Source: Eukaryota sp. GEM-RC1 (Eukaryota). Taken from it: a stretch of DNA of 64,000 bases. The position numbers and the translations under genes are program-made. This document shows, one piece after another, positions 50,845 through 60,631 of this stretch (its first letter is position 1; every line of letters starts with the position of its first letter). The stretch covers positions 930,001 to 994,000 of the forward strand of contig JAUFOQ010000013.1 of NCBI GenBank assembly GCA_040285855.1, written 5' to 3'. The notes beneath the pieces were generated by a model that made no database searches, was not told where the DNA came from, and saw nothing but the letters and a program-made list of their open reading frames with translations.

Positions 50845-52105
50845 TCACTTACAATAGAAGAACAATAGATTAACGATAAACAAAAACACCAACACAACAC
50901 TTGCCCGCAAAAACCTCCATGATTTAAACTTCTTACAGTTCCAATTATCAAGAACATTCGTGTAGACTGTCTCAGTTTGAGCGGACACAAGGGACCAATC
51001 GAATATTTTAAAAATGTCCGAATGACAATGCTGGTTCGACTCTCCATCAATGACCTTTTTGATTGCTGATTCTAGAGAAGTACAAAGATGACCAGATAGA
51101 GGTGGAGCAAGAAAATGTGTACAATCTTGAATATTTGAAATTTGTTGAAATAGTTCAGGTATTCCTCCAACATTAGTTGAAACAATTAAATTCCCACATG
51201 AAAGTGCTTCTAATATGGAAAGCCCAAAAGCCTCTGTCCTTGAACAATTTAAAAAAATATGACTTTTTTGGAGATACGATAAAACTTCAGAATGGTTTAA
51301 AGAACCTAAAAATGTGACGTGATCATTGTTGACGTGATGGCGCAGAGACTTTCTCAGAAAATTTGATTGAGGACCTGAGCCAATGAAAACAAATTCAACT
51401 CCAAATGACATTGAGATCAAATTATTGAAAAAAGTTGAATTTAAAAAATCGAATAAGGACTTCAGCATACAAAGATGTTCCTTTACGACTTGTATGTCGA
51501 AAAACACAAGAAATTAAAATTTTAGAATATTGACGACATCTATTATCTATTGGAAGACATTCACTGCCGATTCCATTTGGAATAACGTGATGAGAGAGTT
51601 TTCTATTAACTAAACCAGTAAATTGCTGGATATTCTTGCACGCTGAATTGGACACAGAAATTATCGTCCGACAAGTAGAACCTCTAATGAGATGAGGTAA
51701 CAAAAACTTGATGAACACTGATCCCGTTTCAAACCCAATAAGTGAATGGTTGGTGAGTAGAACTGGTATCTTTAGAAAAGAAGAACAAAGAAGAGTGAAG
51801 AGAGACAACGTGGAGAAGATTTGATGGCAATGGATGATGTCAATCGAGTGTTCTTTGATGATGGAAGAAAGAACAGATCCAATGAAGGGATATAAGGGGA
51901 TGGAGACTGATTTTAACTTGGGGAAAGAGACAAAATGAACAGAGATCCCTGCGATTGTGAGACAACCTCTATGTGATGGATAATCTCTTGTCAAAACAAA
52001 CACAGAATGTTTAAGTGATAGTTCGCGAGCAAGGGAAAGAATGTGGGTCTCAACACCTCCTGTAGAAGGGTAGAAAAAATCAGAAACCAAGAGGATGTTG
52101 GGCAT
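50845..52105 (-). CDS. PIGA: GPI-GlcNAc transferase catalytic subunit PIG-A/GPI3; frame break in T runs at ~51430-51450
   Basis: ILLVSDFFYPSTGGVETHI, IIHCHQ, TNHSL, ISVS, VIPNG, FLNCSRTEAFG..EALSCG..VSTNVGGIPE, C-terminal TM. Confidence 0.92.
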
Positions 52106-52676
52106 TATAGCATTGTGGTTACAAAAAGAAATCAGAAATAAATGAAATTATTGATAAACTGAACTGTAAATTCTAATTTATGTATTTAAGCCGTATCATT
52201 GATACACGAAAACCAGTTTTGGTATCTCCTTTGTTAAATTACGTGTATGTGATGGTAAATAACAGGATATTAGATTCAGTCTTTAGAAGTCTACTAGTAC
52301 ATGGGACAAAACAATTTGAAGACGTGATGATTCACAGACAAGATTGAACAATCTGAATTGGAATTAATATGAACAAAAAAGGTCATCAATTATATAAAAG
52401 AAGAACACAATATTTCATCTGCTGGGTGATATAAAAAGGCCATCCAAAGAAGTTTACAAGGAACCATCATTGAAACAAAAACTGGTCCAAATCACTGAAA
52501 GAGTCCTCATAGGAAAGACAAATATAACACAAAACTGACTTTCTTCGTTTTCAGTGATATGGAGAAATAAGTGATATACATCTGATTAAAAGACCAAATA
52601 TCAAGTACAAGACTGTAGTTTCAATGATTGTCATTGTCACTCTTATCATTGGAAATACGAAATAGTGAATCAACTG

Positions 52677-53132
52677 CTACGAGAGATGTTTCCTGAAATT
52701 AATAGAGTCGTGTAATCGTCTATGTGCTGATATTCTCGAGAGACAATCGGTGATGTTACTTTGTCTATCAGAGAGTTCCATGAGCTGACGAAGACTTGAT
52801 GAAGTAGTTTGTTGGCGTTGCTGGATGGAAACAGTTTCCTCTAGCTTTTGAAAGGGAGATTGATGTGATGACGGAGACTGAAGAGAAGTTACTGTTGGCT
52901 TAGCCCCAGAAATAATATCATACGTAGACTTTTGAGGATTAGTCTGAAGTTGAAATTGGTTTCCACATATGTGACATTTCATGGTGAACAATAGGATAGG
53001 AGTTGAGTAATAATGCCCCGTTGATGTTTTTACAGCAGTGAATCTGGTGCCTTTGCCAAGAAGATGTTGAGGGCAATCATTGGTTCCAAGACAATGGAAA
53101 GAGAAAGGGAGTTCAAACCTAACAGATGTCAT
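52677..53132 (-). CDS. CWC16/YJU2 family splicing factor (CCDC130/YJU2B-like)
   Basis: VRFELPF..HC..C..GKGTRFTAVK..YYSTPI..FTMKCHIC..TNPQKSTY.I.SGA. Confidence 0.88.
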   Translation of the reverse strand: MTSVRFELPFSFHCLGTNDCPQHLLGKGTRFTAVKTSTGHYYSTPILLFTMKCHICGNQFQLQTNPQKSTYDIISGAKPTVTSLQSPSSHQSPFQKLEETVSIQQRQQTTSSSLRQLMELSDRQSNITDCLSRISAHRRLHDSINFRKHLS

Positions 53133-53299
53133 GTAGTGAAATATGATATATTAACAGAAAGTCAGATGTAATACTTTCGAGGAAAACATGTTACAAGGAA
53201 AATGATCCAGTTTATTGCACAAACGGTTGGGAGACATGACACAAACTCAAAAATACGGATAAAATGTATGAACTAGAAAAGACGAAGACGGTAAAACAT

Positions 53300-53561
53300 C
53301 TAGAGAGAAGCAGCCTTGGTAAGACGAGTCAGATGATAATCACCTTCTCCCTTTAGGCGAATATAACCAGAGAGGGCAAAAGGAGATGAGTTTCCGGTGT
53401 AGCGACCAGTTTCATCGATGTGTCCTACGTTGATTTGAACAGACGCATGATCCTTGGGTCCAAGAATTCTGTTGGTGGCAGAGCTGCTATGAGATATGAT
53501 GGATGTCAAACCATTTACGGGGAACGTAGAGATCAACGAATTTACCAGTATCGTTTTGCAT
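53300..53561 (-). CDS. RPS21: 40S ribosomal protein eS21; intron 53484-53511
   Basis: Spliced product [41 protein letters not shown]..GEGD. Confidence 0.96.
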
Positions 53562-53610
53562 ATTTGGTAAGGAAAAGAAAGGGGAACAGTTTTTCCACTG
53601 CCCCTTGAAA

Positions 53611-54432
53611 ATGTCTTCTCTTCGAGAAAAACAAGTGGCGATTGACTCGTGGTTGTATTCTCTTGGAGAATCGTCATGTTTTGAGGACGATCCCTTTGTT
53701 GTGGACTTCTTGTATGACCTCTCATTACTCTGTCACACTTCTGCTACTTCTGCACAAGTCCTTCTTCAGAATACAACAAAAGAGAGTGATGTAATAAATC
53801 AATCAGCCACCCGTTTGAAACATATTTTGTCCCGTCTTGGGGTTTTACCGAATCAATTGAACTCTCAGACTCAGGCTACGCTATCGTCTCTTACCAATAT
53901 CGCTGGATTACTTGATGTCAGTGTTCCCTCTTTGGAAAATTTGACAAAAGCCATCATTTTGAACCAACAGAAGCTTAATTCCCTCAAATCGCAACATAGC
54001 CTAAGTCAAGCGCAACTGGGAGCTATTCTTGAGTCCACAAAATCTGCTAAGACAATTGACAGCAATTTGACACCTTATCGTGATCAAAATGCGGTGAAAC
54101 AAACATTGAGTGAGGAGATTAAACAGTTTAACGAATCGTCTGATACATTCCTCGACAAGGAATCATTATACATACACAAAACAAACTCTGTAAAGTCACA
54201 TCTTAGATCATTAGGTCTTACACGACATTTAACCCATTCTGCTCTCCTTGGACAAAAGCAGGAGTTGACAGAGACTGAGGAGAACATCCGACGTCATAAC
54301 AGGCAGTTGGAGTGTTTTAGAGGATTGCCTCCGAATGAAGATCTCACGAAGGAACGAATTGAAGAACTCCGTCAAGAAGTTGCTGATTTAGAAAAACAAG
54401 TTGCTGAAGCTGTTTCTCATGCATTGGTCTAG
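53611..54432 (+). CDS. HAUS1: Augmin/HAUS complex subunit 1
   Basis: 273 aa; SWL..FE..P...L..L, LTHSAL and LECFRGLPPN..L.KERIEELRQEVADLE match the HAUS1 pattern. Confidence 0.75.
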   Translation: MSSLREKQVAIDSWLYSLGESSCFEDDPFVVDFLYDLSLLCHTSATSAQVLLQNTTKESDVINQSATRLKHILSRLGVLPNQLNSQTQATLSSLTNIAGLLDVSVPSLENLTKAIILNQQKLNSLKSQHSLSQAQLGAILESTKSAKTIDSNLTPYRDQNAVKQTLSEEIKQFNESSDTFLDKESLYIHKTNSVKSHLRSLGLTRHLTHSALLGQKQELTETEENIRRHNRQLECFRGLPPNEDLTKERIEELRQEVADLEKQVAEAVSHALV

Positions 54433-54828
54433 TTGAGTTTGTCTGATAGTTCTTCTTGTTTTCCGATTTGTTACTGTATGGTTGATGTTCAATGTTTTAG
54501 ACCTCTACCGTGGCCTTTATAGGACATTGGTGTTTTTAGAAACTGTCATTGTCTCATATGTATAATGTGTGTAATATAGTTTGTATCATATGAATCCGCA
54601 TTGGCTTACTTGTGACGCCTAAAAACATCGATTTGCAAATAAGATATCTCAATATACAACAGTTTTTATCTGTCTATTTTATTTCTTTGGTGTAAGTGTA
54701 TAGAATCTATAGATATTGAACCAAAGTTTGGGGGTTTTCTACACTTCCATTTTGTAAACAGGACAATTACATCTAATCTCAGATTCTATCAATCTGTCAT
54801 AAACTTTGTACTTGTAGTAGTACAGAAG

Positions 54829-55758
54829 CATACTTGGGTATCACACTTTTTTGTGATGTGATATTTGTGAGTGATGTTTGTGATTCACAGGTATCACAAA
54901 AAGACTGATTTGTGAGTGATAATTGTGATAGTTGTGAGTGATAATTGTGGTGCATGTGGGGGTCGAAATACGCAAAATATGGTGATATATTCGAATTGAA
55001 GACTAAACTCGATCAATACTTACTATTGTGTGTGTATTTTGGATCGATTTATATGACTCAATCTGAAAGAATGTAAGAGATAAATTTTCATTATGTCTTG
55101 TTTGTTACATGGCCACAGTTGTTTACTCAAAAAGGAACTCACTGATAGTAGAGGCTTAGCCAACAATTCCGTGAATTGTTCTACAAACAGAATACAATAT
55201 ACTAAGATATGATCAAAACGGTTGTTCATCCTCTTTTTACGACTCCTTTTAACATCATTTAGAAAATTGAGTCCACTTTTTCCTAAACGATCGTAAATTG
55301 ATACATCCAATAGACATATTTCATATTCAACACGTTTCACATGTGTAAGATTCATTGAAGGGTTTTTGTACTTATCTTGTGTTTCCACAGCTAAACTGAG
55401 GATCATTTAACAATAGACCGTAAACCTGTGGGGAATAATGTTGATTAACAACAAACGTCTCCTTTAAATCAGTTGAATAATTTGCGACTACTGGATTCTC
55501 TTGACTGTGTTTCTCAATTACAATCTATGATTAGGAGGCTCGATGGAGTTCCACAATCCAAAAGCCTCCATATCTAGCAGAAAATAAACTTCAAGTTTGT
55601 TTATATAAGGTTTTATTGAGTAAGATCAGTATAATCAGTATTTGTGATGTGATATACCTCAATTATCACACATATCACACTGTGATGTGATGTTGTGATG
55701 TGATATGTGTGATTCACAGGTATCACAAAATGCAAAAAAAGTGTGATACCCAAGTATG
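54829..55758. mobile_element. hAT non-autonomous element
   Basis: ~24-bp TIR CATACTTGGGTATCACACTTTTTT; TSD TACAGAAG (54821-54828/55759-55766); TGTGAT subterminal repeats. Confidence 0.92.
55130..55400 (-). mobile_element. RLE non-LTR 3' fragment nested in hAT
   Basis: QDKYKNP..HVKRVEYEIC..SIYDRLG..RMNNRFDH; same family as 6660-7210. Confidence 0.75.
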
Positions 55759-56049
55759 TACAGAAGTTGCTTGCAGCAAAAAATGTAAAATATCATTTGA
55801 TAAAAACCGGAGTGCAACTTCAATCGGTGCAACGAAGTAGCTGAAGATCAACGAAAACTAACGTAACAACAGTAATGCAAACTGGTTTCCTTTTTGTTTC
55901 TGTCCATTGGATATCTTTTAGGTTGTTCGTAGTGAAGCAATGAGGAATGTTGTTGAATTCATTCAGCAGAAACTATACTGTACATTGTACTATTAAAATG
56001 TATCCTTGTTAATTAGTTATACGTTTGTAACTGTGTGGAAAGCAATGTA

Positions 56050-56200
56050 TAAGTAAGATTGTTATTTAGTTCAACACCTCCTTGAACTGAGCATTGTCAG
56101 AATTGTTAAAAGTCAATACTGCATTGGAAACCATTAGTCGGTATGGAAAATGAATTAAAGATGAAGGTGCCACAGCATTGGCAGATGCGTTAACACTCGA
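56050..56200 (+). pseudogene. LRR gene remnant
   Basis: IKDEGATALADALTL resembles the kinase-LRR repeat unit; stops present. Confidence 0.5.
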
Positions 56201-56364
56201 TACTAGATTATGAACTGACCATTTTTTCTGTAGTTTGCTATCGTTAGTTCATAAATCAATTTGAACAACACAATGAATTCTCCATTCCCAATTGTGATAT
56301 TTCCAGTTAACAATACTACTGAGTACACAGTATTGTTTAATCATGTATACATGTATTACAAATA

Positions 56365-56627
56365 ATGTTTAGCGAAACTATTTCAAAAAATTTGGGAAAG
56401 ATGCTGTTTGCTCTCTCTCAGATTTTGAGAAAGTTGTCAAAAAAATGAATGAACAAGAAATTTGATTTTAAGTTTTGGTTGAATCGTATTGTTATTACAA
56501 TATTTACAACAATACCTATTACAGTATGAATTCAAAAGCTCTATTAGCACTCAGTATTTTTTATGAAGAAAGAACTGATGTGAGTTTTAAAGGCTATGAT
56601 TGTTGCTTCAATGATATTGAGTTCTAG
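56365..56627 (+). mobile_element. RLE non-LTR 3' fragment
   Basis: Inverted homolog of 22630-22870 ending CCFNDIEF*. Confidence 0.85.
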
Positions 56628-57418
56628 TTGTTGTGATTATCTTACTGTTTATGTTCTTTGTAATGTCTAATATTGGAAATCCTTTGTTTTATGTATTACA
56701 ATGAGTTCTGTAATAATTCTACCAGTATCAGTTTCCTTAGAACGAACAACTACATGTAGAGAACATGTATCAGTAATGTTGATGAAAAGAGCTGAAAACT
56801 TAGTAGTTGGGATAGCATCAATGTTGTGAACAATCAAGTGATACAACACTACCAACACTACTTCAAAAAGAACCTCATTGATACCTTGGAATGGGTGCGA
56901 GAAGGTAAAAGCTGTTAATTTTCGGGGATGATTTGACAATGCAACTGTACTAATACCGTTGGCTGACATCATCACTTTGATCACTGTCATTGCTTGAAGA
57001 GATTCTTTAAAACGCCTGTAAGATCACTAAGACACTGATTTCGATTTCTGATTAGAGAAGAATGACCTTTTGGTCCTTAATTGTTCTCACCGCAGTTTTG
57101 TTTCCTCTGTATATAATAATATTTTTCATTATTTCACGAATCTCTGATTGTTTCAAACTTACCGCATTGTACAACTGTAAAAATACGGAAATTAAGGCAA
57201 AATTGAAAAGGAACCATATTTGCAACTACTATAGTGTTAAACACTGGGCTCATTAACAGGGCTCATGATCGGTACAGTGAAATGTTTGCTTTTGAAGAAA
57301 TAGTTACTGAAATGGCCTAACAAAAGTAACTGAAAAATGTTCAACAACTTACTAGTACCTCAAATCGAAATAAAATGTCTGTGCATGGAAGGAAACGTAC
57401 TACATACTGAACCAAAAA

Positions 57419-57512
57419 CGCAACGACATGGAATCGAACCATGGTTTCTACGAGAGTTTTGAGCGTAAAGACCAAATAGAATTGTAGTGCACTCCCACTG
57501 TACTACCGTCGC
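57419..57512 (-). ncRNA. tRNA-like Pol III gene with enlarged anticodon arm (copy B, 94 nt)
   Basis: Same acceptor and T arm as copy A; D stem GTAC/GTGC; anticodon stem CTAC/GTAG; TCT followed by a ~23-nt insert; T5 terminator. Confidence 0.7.
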
Positions 57513-59762
57513 AATTATTACAGGGATGTAAACTCTTATGAAGACATCAACAAAGCAACGATTCAATACAGCCTAGGTCGAGTATTGTAGTTGCAAAAAC
57601 AATAACCAACATTGAAACAACCGAGAAGTGACCACCGTATTTTATGTAAAATCTTTCTTCACTCGCCAATCAATCAAAACAATCTATTATTATTGACGAG
57701 TAGAGGGAGATACTACTGGTTTGGTAAATATCTTTTAAACCTCACAGACCGTGGTGTTTCTTTTGAAATCTGCGAACTTTTGACATTTGTCCTCAAATTC
57801 AAAGAGACCTTTTCATTGGTCATTGATTCATCTCAACGAGTACTGATCGTCATGATTATTTTCAGTGATTCTATTCAGTAGAGGAAGGAATTTCCACTAC
57901 TCAAGAATTTCCGAATTGTTGATACATTTCTCAGTCATAGCTGTAATTAATCATATTGTTGATGTTGGTCATAGCGGATTTCTTTAGGTGCATAAGTCCT
58001 AATGAGTCAAATGATAGTGTTTGATATTCCGTGTCCTCATCAGTAGGACATAGGAAATGCTTAGGGCAATTTGCCATAGGCAATTTGAATTTCACCTTTC
58101 TTTTTGCAAGTAATTTGTGAACACTGTTGTGGCCAAAGACATGGTCATTCGTAGATCTCGTAACTGTATCTAGAGTCTTTATATCAATACTAGTACCGTT
58201 GTTTGAAAAATAATCTCGCTTCAGAATTGCGAATGTTTTCTGCAACGTCAATCAATTGTCCCCTGAACCAACCCTCACTTGGATTAATCACACGGGATAA
58301 ACCATCAAAGTATATCACCAACTGCTGACCATTGGTATCATGTTCTAATTTTTCATGGACGTATCATTGAAAATGACAGGAATTCTAATCTTGCATGTGC
58401 GCCATTAAAACTCAGCGAAATACTTCTATTCAAGCCCACTAGGTATCGTCGTCCTCTTTGAGAAATTAACCCACCGTTAATTCGTCGCCATACAGCATCC
58501 TTTCTTTTCATTATACAGCATGCTTTTTGTTTTGGTGAAAAAATCCTTCCCCTCCTTTACTGCCATTGAAGACCATGGGATCTGTCTTCTTGCCTGTGGA
58601 AAAGTTAGCCTTTTCTATTATAATGATTTCCACCACACGTAGTAATAACATTTGCTTAGACATATTCAGTTTGTCAAAACCAAAATCTTGAAAACTAAAT
58701 AATAACTTAAAACTTTGATCGATTCCCTTTTCTTCAGCAGGAATGCAAGACAGTGCAAGCTGAAAACTCGAGTTGTCGTACAAATTAAGATGTGCTGTCA
58801 TCCTGCAATCTTCACCGATTGCTGTCATGGACCTCCGTCAATAATAGCCATCTCCAGCTCTTCCCACATCAACATACATTCGTGTCCCACAAGTTGGTAC
58901 AGTCAGTTTGTGCCAGGATTCATTGGAGTCATCAATGTCACAATTTTTGACTGCAGTAATGAATTTTATTGATGCTTCCAGCTCTTCAGTGCACCAGATT
59001 TCCAGCTAATAGATCTAGATGTTTTTCGATAAATTTATGTGCAGCAGAATGTAGAGTTTTGGTTTTCAAGCGCAACGAAAAGTTTCTGAAAAGATAGTTC
59101 ACTGGGATAGTTCTGCTCAGTTTTGCATTTCTTTTTTACAACAATTTCTTTGGGGTCTCCTTTGCTTCTTTTAAGATTTTTCTGTTCTTTCTGCAGCCTT
59201 CGTTTTGCAACAACATCCAGCGGCAAACCTGTCAACATCAGTTCGGAAAAGTTTCGAGAAATAAAAGACGAAATTGATAATAACTTCCGACTTTTGAAGA
59301 AGTGTAGATCTTCTTTTCAAAAGTAAGTGACTGGGAACATCACTGTAAATAAAGCTAATTATGATTGAATTACTGTCTTCAGATACATTTAGTGATTTAA
59401 TGTTATTATAATGAACTGAAAGATATTGGATAAATAAACTAAATGTACCAAAATCGACAAAAGAAGCACCAAGATTGACTGAACCAACTAAAGCTTCTGT
59501 GAGCGGCAGTGAGACCACTCTTCTATTATGTCCCAATTGATTGTTCCGAAGATCTACACACGATCTCATTTCAGATAAGAGTACAAGAAGTTGGATAGAA
59601 GGTGAGGAAGTGACTTGTGTTACAGATTTGATTGTAATCAGCAGTTCAAAAAAAGACGATTGCTGTTCAAAAGTATTTAAATTTTGTAATTGATCAAAAA
59701 AAATTGAGGAATTTTCACAAAATTTGATGAGCGTTTTCTTTGTTGCCATATTTCGGTAAGGT

Positions 59763-59802
59763 CAAATAGAATTGTAGAGTACTCCCACTGTAGTACCGTC
59801 GC
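59763..59802 (-). pseudogene. 5' half of the tRNA-like gene fused ahead of the repeat ORF
   Basis: GCGACGGTACTACAGTGGGAGTACTCTACAATTCTATTTG then 13 nt to ATG 59749. Confidence 0.75.
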
Positions 59803-60005
59803 AATACTTACAGGGATGTAAACTTTTACGAAGACATCAACAAAGTAACGATTCAATACAGTCTAGGTCGATTATTGCAGTTGCAAAAACAATAACCAAC
59901 ATTGAAACAACCGAGAAGTGACCACCGTATTTTATGTAAAATCTTTCTTCACTCGCCAATCAATCAAAACAATCAATTATTATTGACGAGTCGAGGGAGA
60001 TACTA

Positions 60006-60631
60006 CACTGATTGTTTCAATTAGTCTCACTAACAAATTAGTCTCACTAGAAAATAGTCTCAGTGAGACTAATTCCGATATGCGAGTTTCAACTTTGACC
60101 TCCCCAATACAACTTTTGTGGTTTTTACGAGAACGATGCACCAAAACTACAAATGATTGAATGAGCTTTTACAGTTAGAAGAACTGTTATATTGATAAGA
60201 TCAACATAAAACTGTACTTCACCATATGATTCCCCTCTCACCACTCTAAATCAATTTTTATGGCTTCATTCGTAGCTACAAGGCCCAGAGCATCTTCCAA
60301 GATCCATTTGGAGATGATATTAGAGTTTGGCATGAATATAAGTTGATCTTTGATCTTCAAGAAATCGTGAAGAAACACAGATGGATCAAGGGCAAAGTTT
60401 ATTTGTTAAAGAGATTGGTAACTTGAATTAGGGGAAGTGTTTCAAAGAAAAATGATGTCATGTTTATAAATATTTAGTGAGACTAATACAATTGCGAAAT
60501 AATTAGTCTCAGTGAGACTATTTGCAATTACTCTCACTAGCAATTAGTCTCAGTGAGACTAATTCCGATATGTGACAAATGAAAATGACGTACGGTATTA
60601 GTCTCAGTGAGACTAATTGAAACAATCGGTG
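60006..60631. mobile_element. Non-autonomous DNA transposon with TA TSD (Tc1/mariner-like; 2-bp-TSD CMC not excluded)
   Basis: 26-bp TIR CAC(T/C)GATTGTTTCAATTAGTCTCACT; TA at 60004-60005/60632-60633; empty site GATACTACTGG in the other two units. Confidence 0.93.

Noticed and set aside
10340..52105. Programmed frameshifting or RNA editing explaining split MAD1, PIG-A, coiled-coil, RELCH-like and kinase ORFs
   Set aside because: Breaks fall in homopolymer runs, go in both directions and share no slippery-stop motif; long-read indel error is simpler. Polishing or RNA-seq would settle it
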